Assembly (NCBI GenBank): GCA_002269645.1
Contig: NIVC01003158.1
Location: forward strand, 62,001 to 126,000
DNA length: 64,000 bases
Direction: 5' to 3'
From: Macrostomum lignano
Taxonomy: Eukaryota
Numbering within the stretch: position 1 is the stretch's first letter; each line of letters opens with the position of its first letter. Of the stretch, positions 1-13,958 are shown one piece after another. The notes below the pieces were generated by a model, which worked only from the letters and a program-made list of their open reading frames with translations, ran no database searches and was not told where the DNA came from. The position numbers and the translations under genes were made by a program.

Positions 1-1910
1 ACAAGGACTACTTATACATGTACACTTGAAGGACGCAACACCTGCAAATCGTGCAAAAATAGTTGAAGGCCGATTATTAAAATGTCTGTATCTCCGAATC
101 GGTTGCATGTAGGTTACTTTTTTCGACAGATTGTTCAGATTTTTGTATGCAAGCACGTTTACTGCGTACAGGAATGACTTTTGAGCACGCTAATTGAGAT
201 AATTGAGATTGAGCAATGGGCAAAAGGGTTGCTGATCACAAGCATGGTTGATTTTGATAACTATTGCGAGTTTTGCGAGATTCGAGAGATGATGAGAGAA
301 GATAAGAAATCAATCAGGGCTCAAAGTGTTAGGTAATAAAAAAGCTATAAAATCCTTAAAGGCATAATTTTTTGCAAGTTGCGTAATCTCGGTGAGTATG
401 CTGCATGCACATCGCATCTCTACTGCTACTGTTAATCATATTGTACGCGTACATGGACTAATCTTAGTGTTTAGAAGCTGAAAACCGAGGAGGGCTGGGC
501 GGCTTCTACCTAGCTCCTACGTACAGGGCAGGGCGCAGCAGAATCTCACCCAGCCAGCAAGTTTGACACAAAGGCTCTTAAAATGGCTCTTCTCTTCAGC
601 GCTTCAACCTTGGCTGTCTGACTCAGCCTTGTGCGCTCAGTTTATGTACATTTAGCTGTGCGCTTTCCTGCTCTCCTCTCTCCCCTCAGTGCCTGCCATC
701 TCTTATCGGCCTCTTAAACTAGCAGTAGCAGCAGCTCAAATAGACTAAACTGGAGCGGAATACCCTGCGTGCGAACTTGCTTTGCCTCAACTATTTACAG
801 TAAACCTATGAGAATACAGCATTAACAGCATTTGTCGGTTAAAAAATTACGATTAGCTAAAACAACAGTGTTGCCTTATGCGGCTATTTGATGCTGCAAC
901 TGCAGAGCCGTGTCCTGACTGCTCATCCGCAACTGCAGTAGAATGTCTGCGAGCGTATCTCAAATTTCTGTGGTCTTTCGTCTGCTTGGAGTTTTTGTCT
1001 TGATTGTAAGATTTCATCTTGATAAAATATTTGTTTCGAATAGCTTTTTTCTGCGAAATTCGAATTGATTTCCAGAGAGTAAAGTTAAGACTACGAGTAG
1101 CAATTTTCTCTTCTCTCCTCTCTCCCCTCTTTTCTCTCTCTTCTCTCCCCTCCACTCTCCCCTCTTCTTTCGCCTCTCTCCACTCTCCTCTCCCCTTCTC
1201 CCCTTTTCCCCTTTCGCGAAAAGGGAAATCCGGGGTCCATGAGCATTGCCCGCCTAGCTTTTCCCGCCGAGGTTTGCCCGCAATGCTTTTTTCCTGCAGC
1301 GCGTTTAGCCACGCGGCAGATTCTGTCTGCTGCATCGCCCCCTAGTGCTTACTTAGTAAGTCTTAATAAAGTCGTAAAGAGATTACCCGATCAAAACGTC
1401 TTGATAGTAACTTACTAACGTACCAAATGCTTATTTTTCTTGTAGCTTTTAATTTCTATATGCATGTAGATGGCGCATCGGTGAGCTATTAACTCATGCA
1501 TACGCCATGTCGCTTTGTCCTCAAAATCTGTTTATTAAGACTTACCGAGCATTAAGAGGCGATGCAGACAGAATCTGCCACGGGGCTAAATGCGCTGCAG
1601 GAAAAAAAGCATTGCGGGCAATTCTCGTACTACCCGGCGGAGGAAAGTTTCGGCAAAACTTCAGTTTCAATCTCTGAAGTGTGCTCTTTCTAGACAGTTT
1701 TGATGGGATTTTACTCGACCTAATTTGTCCATGGCGAAACTGCAAATCTTTGAAAAAATCCGTTTGGAAAACAGAACTGTATTTCGAGTGCTGCCGCTAT
1801 CCAAAAGTACTTTTCATTTTTTCTCCACCGATGGGAGATTACTTAATATGTATTCCAATTCATACTGTTCCGCACTCAAACATGTACCCGCGAAATTTTC
1901 TCCAACCCAG

Positions 1911-4900
1911 CTGGTGGTGGCGCTGGTGTTTCACCTTGTTCCGTCATCGCCGAGTGCCGACAGCTTCACGGAGACCGGCGACCCACACCCGCTGGCCCCC
2001 ATTGAAGGCGGCACGACGGCCCACTTCGAGATTCCTCACATTCTGCATCACACCTTCGCCTCCGAGATGGTCTACGAGAACTACCGGCCAATGATCAGCA
2101 GCTGTCTGAAGCTCAACCCCAACTGGACTTACTACCTGTGGCGGGACTCCGATGCCAGGACCCTCATCTCTTTGCACTATCCGCAGTACATGAAGACATA
2201 CATGCGCTTCAATGACAACCTGCAGCGCTCCGACGCCATTCGATACATCATCCTGCACCGGTTCGGAGGTGCAATAATTACTAACAACACATTCGATAGC
2301 TTTTAAATAAAATTAGGATTGTTTAAAAAGCTCCTGCAGAGCAACTCTGGGGTTGAGTAGCGAAGTGTTGACCTGCCCGAAACTCGTGCCAAATGATCTG
2401 GGTTCGAGTTCAGGGGTGACCATATGATTTAGAGGCCATGGTGCTTGTACACCCTGTGTGAGCGTGTTAAAGTGTGACCCGTGCTCGGATGCATACTCAG
2501 GGGTTAGCGGATTTGCCATTGTCAGTGATTTGCAGCAGTGCCTGCGACCTCCGCCATGCCAGATCAGAGGCAAGTTTTTCATTCCCGTAGGGGGCCCGCC
2601 GAAGTGCAACTCCTCGTACCGACCCCAACCGCAGGCATCTACCTTGACATGGATGTCGAGTGCGTGCGGCCGTTCCACCCGGCCCTCACTCGCCAGGCAG
2701 CCTTCCTCGACCAGGAGCGGGTGGAGCAGACGCGGATCGCATGGGGACGCCAGTTCAGCGCGATGAACTCGCTCATGGGCTCGGTGCCCGGGCACAAATT
2801 CTTCCAAGCAATGTCCGATCGCGTGCTGCTCAGGAAGCTGCCCGGCGATGCGTACTCGTCTACCGGGCCGAACGTGCTCACCCAGGTGTTCCAGCGGTTC
2901 CGCAACAGCCCGGCGATCCGGAACTGGCCGGTGCACCTGCTGCCGCCGAGCGTTGCCTCACCACTGATGGACCCGAACAGGAACTGGAGGCAGCTCTGTC
3001 GCTATGCTCGTGAGTAGCAGGCCTGCTGTTGTGCAGGTGTTGTGCCTGCATAATTTTTCCATTTTCCATCCAATATACTAAAAATGGTCTGTCGGTATAT
3101 GTGTGTGTGTGTGTGTGTGATCGATTTTAGCAAAAACGGCTCAACCGATTTGTTCGAATTTGCACTGTTCGATCAGAAATTTTCCCGTGACGGTACATGC
3201 ATCGTGGCTAAGAAATTGCTAAATGCTAAAGGCATTAAATATTCGAAAAACATGCTTTTTTGCAAAGGTAAAGCAAAATTTTCGACTTGAAATGCATTGT
3301 AAGAATGCTAGAGAAAAAACTGACTGGTTGAATTCTGATTCTGAAATAGATTGCATCATCACAATAGGCTTTTATTTATCGTTTGGGTACTGGCTGAATT
3401 TTGACACTGAATTGAATTACGTCACAGTATCGAAAACGCAGTGTGGAAGCATAGCACAATACTTGATTTATCTTGCGTAACCATATTGCTAACTTTAATG
3501 GACTGGTACTGACTTGCCTAAGAAATTGATTATGTCATAACTGCCTCTTGTAACTTTTACTCAATTGACTTGGTGTGAGTGTTGAATTATAAGTGCTACA
3601 AATTCATTCATAATTTCAATGAGAGCTAGCCTAGATGTAAACACACTGGACTGCTAATGCAGCTACCTGGGTTCGAATCTTAGTAGTGTATAAAAGAATA
3701 AAAGTGGCATAAATTTTTTATTGAAAGCTTTTATTAAAAAACTAATTAAAAAGACCTGGATTATGGATTATAAGCCAAGGATTATTGCACTTGATAAACC
3801 AAGGATTATTGCACTGGATAAGCCAAGGATTACTGCACTTGATAAGCCAAGGATTACTGCACTTGATAAACCAAGGATTATTGCACTTGATAAACCAAGG
3901 ATTACTGCACTGGATAAGCCAAGGATTACTGCACTTGATAAACCAAGGATTATTGCACTCGATAGGCCAAGGATTATTGCACTTGATAAGCCAAGGATTA
4001 TTGCACTCGATAAGCCAAGGATTACTGCGCTTGATAAACCAAGGATTATTGCACTTGATAAACCAAAGATTATTACACTTGATAAACCAAGGATCATTGC
4101 ACTTGATAGACCAAGGATTACTGCACTTGATAAACCAAGACTTACTGCACTTGATAAGCCAAGGATTATTGCACTTGATAGACCAGAACTTACTGCACTT
4201 GATAAACCAAGGATTTCTGCACTTAATAAACCAAGACTTACTGCACTTGATAAACCAATGCTAACTTCACTGGATAGACCAAGACTTACGGCACTTTATA
4301 AACCAAGGATTACTGCACTTGATAAACCAAGGATTATTGCACTTGATAAGCCAAGGATTATTGCACTGGATAAGCCAAGGATTACTGCGCTTGATAAACC
4401 AAGGATTATTGCACTTGATAAACCAAGGATTACTGCACTTGATAAGCCAAGGATTATTGCACTCGATAAGCCAAGGATTACTGCACTTGATAAACCAAGG
4501 ATTACTGCACTTGATAAGCCAAGGATTACTGCACTTGATAAACCAAGGATTATTGCACTTGATAAACCAAGGACTACTGCGCTTGATAAACAAAGGATTA
4601 TTGCACTTGATAAGCCAAGGATTATTGCACTTGATAGACCAGAACTTACTGCACTTAATAAACCAAGGATTACTGCACTTGATAAGCCAAGGATTATTGC
4701 ACTTAATAAACCAAGGATTATTGCACTTGATAAGCCAAGGATTATTGCACTGGATAAGCCAAGGATTATTGCGCTTGATAAACCAAGGATTATTGCACTT
4801 GATAAGCCAAGGATTACTGCACTTGATAAGCTAAGGATTATTGCACTTGATAAGCCAAGGATTATTGCACTGGATAAGCCAAGGATTACTGCGCTTGATA

Positions 4901-7900
4901 AACCAAGGATTATTGCACTTGATAAGCCAAGGATTACTGCACTTGATAAGCCAAGGATTATTGCACTCGATAAGCCAAGGATTACTGCACTTGATAAACC
5001 AAGGATTACTGCACTTGATAAGCCAAGGATTACTGCACTTGATAAACCAAGGATTATTGCACTTGATAAGCCAAGGACTACTGCGCTTGATAAACAAAGG
5101 ATTATTGCACTTGATAAGCCAAGGATTACTGCACTTGATAAACCAAGGATTACTGCACTTGATAAACCAAGACTTACTGCACTTGATAAGCCAAGGATTA
5201 TTGCACTTGATAGACCAGAACTTACTGCACTTGATAAACCAAGGATTTCTGCACTTAATAAACCAAGACTTACTGCACTTGATAAACCAATGCTAACTTC
5301 ACTGGATAGACCAAGACTTACGGCACTTTATAAACCAAGGATTACTGCACTTGATAAACCAAGGATTATTGCACTTGATAAGCCAAGGATTATTGCACTG
5401 GATAAACCAAGGATTATTGCACTTGATAAGCCAAGGATTATTGCACTGGATAAGCCAAGGATTACTGCGCTTGATAAACCAAGGATTATTGCACTTGATA
5501 AACCAAGGATTACTGCACTTGATAAGCCAAGGATTATTGCACTCGATAAGCCAAGGATTACTGCACTTGATAAACCAAGGATTACTGCACTTGATAAGCC
5601 AAGGATTACTGCACTTGATAAACCAAGGATTATTGCACTTGATAAACCAAGGACTACTGCGCTTGATAAACAAAGGATTATTGCACTTGATAAGCCAAGG
5701 ATTATTGCACTTGATAGACCAGAACTTACTGCACTTGATAAACCAAGGATTATTGCACTTGATAAGCCAAGGACTACTGCGCTTGATAAACCAAGGATTA
5801 TTGCACTTGATAAGCCAAGGATTATTGCACTGGATAAGCCAAGGATTATTGCGCTTGATAAACCAAGGATTATTGCACTTGATAAGCCAAGGATTACTGC
5901 ACTTGATAAGCTAAGGATTATTGCACTTGATAAGCCAAGGATTATTGCACTGGATAAGCCAAGGATTACTGCGCTTGATAAACCAAGGATTATTGCACTT
6001 GATAAGCCAAGGATTACTGCACTTGATAAGCCAAGGATTATTGCACTCGATAAGCCAAGGATTACTGCACTTGATAAACCAAGGATTACTGCACTTGATA
6101 AACCAAGACTTACTGCACTTGATAGACCAAGGATGACTGCACTTGATAGACCAGAACTTACTGCACTTGATAAACCAATGATTACTGCACTTGATAAACC
6201 AAGGATTACTGCACTTGATAAGCCAAGACTTACTGCACTTGATAAACCAAGACTTACTGCACTTGATAAACCAATGATTACTTCACTGGATAAACCAAGA
6301 CTTACGGCACTTTATAAACCAAGGATTTCTGCACTTGATAAACCAAGACTTACTGCACTTGATAAACCAAGGATTTCTGCACTTGATAAACCAAGGATTT
6401 CTGCACTTGATAAACCAAGGATTTCTGCACTTGATAAACCAATACTTACTGCACTTGATAAACCAAGGATTTCTGCATTTGATAGACCAGAACTTACTGC
6501 ACTTGATAAGCCAAGGATTACTGCACTTGATAAACCAATGATTACTGCACTTGATTAACCAAGACTTACTGCACTTGATAAACCAAGGATTACTGCACTT
6601 GATAAACCAAGACTTACTGCACTTGTTAGACCAAGGCTTACTGTACTTGATTAACCAAGGATTTCTGCACTTGATAAACAAAGGATTACTGCACTTGATA
6701 AGCCAAGGATTACTTCGCTTGATAAGTCAAAGATTTCTGCACTTGATAAACCAAGACTTACTGCACTTGATAAACCAAGGATTACTGCAGTTTATATACC
6801 AAGGATTACTGCACTTGATAAACCAAGGATTTCTGCACCTGATAGACCAACGATTACTGCACTTGATAGACCAAGGCTTACTGCACTTGATAAACCAAGG
6901 ATTACTGCGCTTGGCAAACAAAGGATTACTGCGCTTGATAAGCTTGGCTACATGTATGGGATTCTTTCTATCTAGGTATGTTTGCTTTTTATGGATTCTT
7001 GCTAACTGGGTGGATGCTTGCTATCTGGGGGATGCTTGCTGTCTGGGTGGATGCTTCTACAATATCTGGGGGGTGCTTTGTATCTGCAGGATGCTTGCTG
7101 TCTGGGTAGATGCTTGCTATCTGGGGGATGCTTGCTGTCTGGGTGGATGCTTCTACAATATTTGGGGGATGCTTGCTATCTAGCTGGATGTTTCTACAAT
7201 ATTTGGGGGATGCTTGTTATCTGCAGATGCTTGCTATTTGGGTGGATGCTTCTACAATATTTGGGAAATGCTTGCTGTCTGCAGGATGCTTGCTATCTGC
7301 AGATGCTTGCTATCTGGGTGGATGCTTCTACAATATTTGGGGGATGCTTGTTATCTGCAGATGCTTGCTATCTGGGTGGATGCTTCTACAATATTTGGGG
7401 GATGCTTGTTATCTGCAGATGCTTGCTATCTGGGTGGATGATTCTACAATATTTGGGGGATGCTTGCTATCTAGCTGGATGCTTCTACAATATTTGGGGG
7501 ATGCTTGTTATCTGCAGATGCTTGCTATTTGGGTGGATGCTTCTACAATATTTGGGAAATGCTTGCTGTATGCAGGATGCTTGCTATCTGCAGATGCTTG
7601 CTATCTGGGTGGATGCTTCTACAATATTTGGGGATGCTTGCTATTTGGGTGGATGCTTCTACAATATTTGGGGGATGCTTGTTATCTGCAGATGCTTGCT
7701 ATCTGGGTGGATGATTCTACAATATTTGGGAAATGCTTGCTGTCTGCAGGATGCTCGCTATCTGGGTGGATGCTTGCTACGAGTATTAGGAGATGCTTGC
7801 TATCTGCGGTTGCTTACTTTTGGAGGGGGTGCTTGCTATCCGGAGGGATGCTTGCTGTCTTGGGAATATTTTCTATTTAGGGGTAATGTCTATTATCTTT

Positions 7901-8525
7901 GTGAAAGTTATATTTTGTTGTTTATTTGTTAATTTTAGAAAAAAATAGATTCATAGAAAATATCATTGTCCGTGACAATTTTACATGAATAAGGTGATTT
8001 TTAAAAGTTAAGAAGGAATCGGTGTTTAAGAAAATGTGCTTTTTTAATTGTTTTCCATTAACTATTTTTGCTCCGTGCTTATTGGGCGCCCCGAAGGGGG
8101 GCCGCACTAGATTGCTAGTTACTGTCTAAAAACGTATTTTTCTGAATTTCGGGCATCCAATAGAGCTTTTATACGACAGACTCGCACGAAAATATCCGCC
8201 GAGAAGAGTCAGCTGTTTTCTTGAATTGTCAACTCCTGCAGGTTTGCAGCAGAGTAATGTTTCAGAATGTATTTCAAGAAAAATTGAAAACAAATTATCA
8301 GAACCACCGAATCCGCATGCAGGCTACGGCTGGGGCTCCCGCGGCTGCCGCATGCTGCGGGCCAAGAAGTGGCGCATGGACGACCGCAACGGGGGCACGG
8401 TGGCCGTGCACCGCTTCCTGCACCTGGGCTACGGATTCGCTGTCCGCCAGAGAAAGTCTTTGTTCAACCTGACTAAGGAGTTTGGCAGCGCGAGAGTCAA
8501 CTTCTATTTACGACGCCCAGTTTGA
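1911..8525 (+). CDS. GT32 (DXD-motif, SUR1/CSG1/OCH1-like) glycosyltransferase, paralog 1; exons 1911-2268, 2635-3009, ~8302-8525; first (signal-anchor) exon not located
   Basis: Spliced translation gives IPHILHHTF...[18 protein letters not shown]...[14 protein letters not shown]|[10 protein letters not shown]...[13 protein letters not shown] sites and phases match the other three copies. The last-exon acceptor is ambiguous (8242, 8267 or 8302); 8302 chosen by paralog alignment. Confidence 0.85.
3766..6942. repeat. 24-bp minisatellite (GATAA[A/G]CCAAGGATTA[T/C]TGCACTT), about 130 units, in intron of GT paralog 1
   Basis: Direct reading. Variant blocks recur about 1032 bp (43 units) apart, e.g. 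4180-4310 and 5212-5340. Confidence 0.97.
7010..7865. repeat. Composite tandem repeat of GATGCTTGCTATCTG / GGTGGATGCTTCTACAATATTTGGG modules
   Basis: Direct reading; explains ORFs 7018..7932 and 7110..7880. Confidence 0.9.
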
Positions 8526-8838
8526 GCAAAGATGACAAATTTTCATGCCGCAGGGCCTTTCTGCTATTTTAGCAGCTCAAACTGCCTTCTATTTGTCCTC
8601 AGCGAGTTTTTGTTTGCCAAGAATATAGATTTTTTTCAAATTAACGGCGCATTTCACAATTACATTGGGCAGTATGCGATGTAATCTGCACACGCTATAT
8701 TGCAGCATTCAGCAATTTGAGCAGCATTTTCGTACAAACTATAAGTCATCAGCGGTTTCAGTCTGTCTAGTATTATTTTACATGATTAGCCAAAGTAGCG
8801 AAATCTCCTGAATGAAAAACTGAGTCGTATAAATGGTA

Positions 8839-9462
8839 TACTCAGCAACAGTCAAAAGTTCCACCCCACTAAGCGAGATGATTTTTTCACTTATTTCGAG
8901 TGACGCAACCTACGGCACGCGCAAAGCTTATTGCCGCTTGGGGTGGCTTGGGTCTGCTTAATGGTCCAGGCCTGGACATTAAGCAGACCCAAGCCCAGGA
9001 ACAACGCCCCGCCACACCAAGCCGATGCTGTTAGTCAACTGAAGGAACAGCTACAGCTGCGCACTCTGCGCTGGCCTTCCCGGTCCCCAGACATGAATCC
9101 CATCGAGCATGTCTGGGACTTCCTAAAACGTAGCATCCGAAAAGAGAATCCACCATAGAATGTTGCGGAGCTCTGCGTCATGCCATTGAAATTAACGCTT
9201 CGGAGCGGCTTCCCCAGGACTTTCTGCGCCGCCTCATCATTGGGATGCCCCGTAGAGTCGTCGCACTTCTGCGTGCGAGGGGATCCCACACGCATCACGA
9301 TTCTAACTGAATATTGCATAAAAATTTATGATTTTACTACGAGTATTGATAGTCAATCAACTTTCCCTTCCTCGCGGCGGCTTAGTTGCGCAACTTGAGG
9401 GTTGAATTGTGAGTGTGAAGTTTTCGCAATTTGGAGGGTGGAACTTTGACTGTTGCCGAGTA
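8839..9462 (+). mobile_element. Internally deleted Tc1/mariner element with transposase C-terminal remnant
   Basis: TIRs TACTC[A/G]GCAACAGTCAAA(A)GTTCCACC at both ends, flanked by TA. Remnant NNAPPH...WPSRSPDMNPIEHVWD matches the Tc1 WPxxSPDLNPIE motif; in-frame stops follow. Confidence 0.9.
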
Positions 9463-9466
9463 TATA

Positions 9467-9582
9467 TATTCCCCATTTATACCTGTGCTAAGGCAATAAA
9501 TGCCTGAGAGACAAGTTCGCCGAGGTCAAAAGCGTGGCACGGAAGCATTTTTTGCCATCGACACTTGTATAAATGGGGAATA
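9467..9582. mobile_element. Short MITE with about 37-bp imperfect TIRs (TATTCCCCATTTATAC...)
   Basis: 9467-9503 is the imperfect reverse complement of 9545-9582; abuts a TATATA run. Confidence 0.65.
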
Positions 9583-9646
9583 TTTGTATCCATCAGTTGC
9601 CATTTATTTGTACCGGTACCGGTGCAAATAAATGAAATAAACAATT

Positions 9647-9840
9647 AAACCATAGACTGATGCACCAGTGCAACTGGGGGATACGTAAAGTGAGCGATTG
9701 CTCAAACTCGTAAGGTTCCACGTAAGATTGAGTCAGTCTCAATTCAGTGAGATAAAGTTAGTGCATGCTTGCTCAAAGAGATCTAAATCTAGATTTCTAT
9801 GGCTTGCTCTTGAGCAAATGCCCATGGTTGTCTATGGTTT
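9647..9840. mobile_element. MITE-like unit with AAACCATAGAC/GTCTATGGTTT termini; related termini near 17718-17932
   Basis: 11-bp inverted repeats 9647-9657 and 9830-9840; TSD not clear. Confidence 0.45.
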
Positions 9841-11374
9841 CTATGGTTCAACTGCTCAGGGTGGCTGAGGGTTTGCTCAAAGTTTCAGATATGTCCGTAT
9901 GCTCGTATTCATACAAAAAGTAAGCGGTTGCTCAATCTCCGAGCTAATTCTCAGCTCTGAGCAACTGCTCCGACTCAGAGCAGGAGCGTTTACTCGTGAG
10001 AAATTGCTCACTTTATTCATAATTTCATACGGCCTTGTATTTAGCTTGTCAAACTTTGCACCATGTTATTTCAATTGAATGCAAAAGATAGAGCGGGTCA
10101 AGTGATGTACATCCCTCATATGTACCTCTGCTCATTGATTTTATCAGACTGACAAATGATGTTTAAAAGCCAAAAATTCATTTCATTAGACGCAAATTTT
10201 TGACCTGACGAAGAGCCCGAGGCTTGGAAACCGGTTGCCAATTTTTCAGCTCCAAGTATTTTAAACTCAATACGGCGTGACCTCCTAATTCTCTCTCTCC
10301 TTCTCTCTAGAAAGTTGCCATTGATCATTTTGAGTCGTAATTTTCATGGCAGCGTTTACATGCACTTTTGCACTTTTGCAGTGTACCGAAAAAGTATATA
10401 TACCCTATATACCGAGAATTTCAAGTAGCCCCAGTCGAATTACTCAGTTTTCGCATTATTTTGGCTGTCCATCTTTCTCTCATTGATGGCAGAAGCCGCG
10501 GCAGTAGTTGTAGAATCGTCAGCAGCCACCGCATATTGTTGCACTGTTCGGCGAGCCAAAAGTCGAAAGAAAGAATATCACACAGAATGCTCATTTGAGT
10601 AAAAACTATCTGGACGAATTAAAACGCCATGACCCACTCTTGGTAGTAGTCTCAGAAAGCAAGTATTACAAGCCATAGACTATTTAAAAGTAGCTATTTG
10701 GTCAATGCTGTTCTGTGGTGATATGCTGCACATGTATAAATAATAATACGACCCGGTCTTGCCAACTGCTCAGTAGATCTGGTGTCTCATGTACAGTAGT
10801 ATGCAATCTGTTAGTGATGCTTGGTTGCAGGCAGGTCAGAATTTGCTCTAGGCTGTACTTTAAGTAAATGATCCCTGTTGGCTACGAAATTCTGACGTTC
10901 ACCTGCGTTTCTGCATGGAATTCTCGCAAAAGCAATTACCATATAGCACAATGCGAGCTGACATTCGCTGGCGACGTGTCCGCGACTTCTGTACAGTATA
11001 TGAGCGAGCACCACCACCCCAACCCCCCCCCCCCCGACCCGAGCCGCACACGGTTTGCTGCGCCATATTGTGCATGCAAATGACTGCGAGTATTTCTTTC
11101 TTTCAGCACAGCACAATAGGTTAGCTCCCACGATCTCTTGCTGCATGAGTCTGTCTCCATTTCTTGTACAATGGGCGCAAGCCGCAGTTGTGAAGCCGTA
11201 CGCAGAGAGGTGAGTGCATACAGTCACAGACTGGGCGGCATCCCGTTTTGAGTTAAAAAGCAACGCACTGTGCCATTCGAGCTTTAGAAACTGAACTCAA
11301 TTTTGACTCCTGTTTTAGCTCCTCGATTCTCCGTGCAGCTGAAACAGGATTCCTGTAAGATTTTATGCTCATAC

Positions 11375-13466
11375 ATGGCAAGAGCGTCCCCAGCTTTTCT
11401 CACCAGATGGCTCTGCCTTCTCCAACTCGTATCCGTTGCGTTGGTGAGTTTGCCCCTACCCTGACCCCTCGTCTATGCGCAACCGCATAGCTTCAGCTCT
11501 TGACTAGAACCATTGAAGTTTGCGGTCAGGTTCATAGTTTCCACCCAGAAATGCAGCAGTAATTCTGTGTTGGCTCACAGAAAATGGGGCTAAACTGGGC
11601 TAACTAGCTCGTACAACCCCAGCATACAGTATTACCCCTAACTCGAGCTTAGCTCTTCTTTGGGTCGCACTTACCGGGGCAAAACGCTACAGACTCCTAC
11701 TCTTTTACCCACTTCAGCTGCTGTTGACCTACATCTACGTTTTTACCACGGCTTCCGGTGAGAAGCAGAGATATGCTTCCGGCGGACAGTTGCGGCCTGG
11801 AGACCAGCAGCTGATCGAAATTAAAGACAAACTGATCGTCGGAACCGATGGGCAAACGGATGCTGGGAACCAACAAGCAAAGCCTGATGGTGCAGGAAAG
11901 AAAAATACGGGAAAGGGTCCTCCAGATGAAAGCACACTGCAGTCAAACCAACCGATTGAAAAAGAACGGACTAAGACCGATAACTCGGTGCGCCACAATG
12001 GCAGTGGTAAAGCAGGAAAAACTAATGATAAACAAAACCATCCTAAAGACCAAAGGCATGAAGGAGCACGAACCAAAGAAAAACAATTTAAGGATAAAAA
12101 GCCACAACCCAAACACAAGAAAGCAAAGGCTGAACAGCAGAAACAGAAAGACAAGAAAGCAAAGGCTGAACAGCAGAAGCAGAAAGACAAGAAAGCAAAG
12201 GGTAAACAGACAAAACCTACAAAAAAGAAGCCAAAAACCAAAGCCAAGCAAGACGAAGCTATCAGGATTCCCCCAGCGACGTTTGAGATCCCCCACATTC
12301 TGCACCACACCTTTGCCTCCGAGATGGTCTACGAGAACTACCGGCCATTGATCAGCCGCTGCCTGAAACTCAACCCGGACTGGACTTACTACCTGTGGCG
12401 GGACTCCGACGCTAAGGCCATCATCTCCAAGGAATATCCTCAATACTGGAAGACGTACACGCGCTTCAAAGACAATTTGCAGCGCTCGGACGCCATTAGA
12501 TACGTCATCCTGCACCGGTTCGGAGGTGCTGCACGTGAACTTTTTATGTAGATGTTATTTAGTTTCCTGAATACGAGTGTGCTGCATATCTGGGTGTGAG
12601 TCCAAATGCATCTTCCCAGATCGCAATTAGGTGATATCATCCTCGAGTTCCGTTGCCATGAGTTCCATTCTGCATACATTAATTGCTTTTTAACTGACAA
12701 TAAATGTAGATTCTGACTCATAGGTGTCCTTTCGGCCCACAGGCATCTACCTTGATATGGACGTCGAGTGCCTGCAGCCGTTCCCCTCGTCTCTCACGCG
12801 TCAGGCGGCCTTCCTCGACCAGGAGCGGCTGGAGCAGACCAGAATCTTTTGGAGGCGGGACTTCAGCGCGATGAACTCAGTCATGGGCTCGGTGCCCGGG
12901 CACCCTTTTTACAAGGCCATGGCTGACCGGGTGCTCACAAAGAACACTGGGACGAGCGCTTTCAGCACCACGGGACCCAAGGTACTCACTGAATTCTTCA
13001 AGGAGTACAAAGAGAGCCCAACCAGCTGGATCTGGCCGGTGACGCTGCTGCCTCCTAGCGTTGCGTCCCCACTGATGGACAATCAGAAAAACTGGAAGTG
13101 GCTCTGCCGGAAAGCCAGTAAGTGCAAAGGCCACCACTATTCTTGACCTTTTCTCATTGTTCAAATGTTGCAAAATATTTTCCCTTCAAGCTCATTCAGA
13201 ACCTCGAAATGCTCATCTGAGCCTTTAATTTCTAAGCACCAGCCTCTTCAAATTCCACAGAAAAGCTCGGCAGTTCGGGTTTCGGCTGGGCCGACATCGG
13301 TTGCCGCATGCTGGAGACCAAAAACTGGCACCTTGGCAGCGCTGACAAAAGTACAATCGTAGTGCACAGGTTTCTTCACCTGGGCTACCATTCCCACCAC
13401 CGCAAGAGGAGACCTCGCTTTGACGCATCCAAAGAATTTAAATCTAGAGTGAAATTCTATCACTGA
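11375..13466 (+). CDS. GT32 glycosyltransferase paralog 2 (about 485 aa); exons 11375-11443, 11718-12525, 12743-13117, 13261-13466
   Basis: MARASPAFLTRWLCLLQLVSVAL|LLLTYIYVF signal anchor, Lys-rich stem, [11 protein letters not shown]|[19 protein letters not shown]; all junctions GT-AG and in frame. Confidence 0.9.
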
Positions 13467-13958
13467 AGAGACATTATGTTACTTGTACAGTCAGGATTTT
13501 TAGTAATGACGCAATGTGCGCGTTTCTTGTACGCTCGTAGCCTTCTGGACCCCCATACATTCTCAGGTATTTAGCGGATCTGCAAAGATGACTGGAAGAA
13601 GATCATGGATTCCCTCTAATTAATAATGCAAACAATACACGCTCTTTCAATGAAGACGGAATTCTGTAGGGAGTGGATTCTTCCAGCATCGCCCGTATTC
13701 TCCCGAGAGACTTAGTCTATTGTATTACCTGTCTTTGTTTAATTGCGTATAGTCGCGATCACCGACTATAGTCGATCTGTACTTTTATCAATATAAGTGG
13801 CGATCGGATTATTGTATGGTTTTGAACTGGTACTTAACATATTTTGGTGCTCTGTGATTGATCAACTCTGGGTTATTTCACGCCAGTTGGCGACTTCGAC
13901 TTCTAATACAAGTCAACTCGACCGATAAACCGGTTTGCCTGCGGAGCACAGCAGCAGC

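Noticed and set aside
1725-1910. N-terminal extension of GT paralog 1 as given by the ORF track
   Set aside because: Paralogs have a phase-0 intron before this exon and 1910 is a good acceptor; the upstream in-frame text is probably intronic, and the true first exon is unresolved.
3620-3690. tRNA-Ser(GCT) gene
   Set aside because: Has GGACTGCTAAT and GGTTCGAATC but no pairing acceptor stem or oligo-T terminator; at best a degenerate SINE head.
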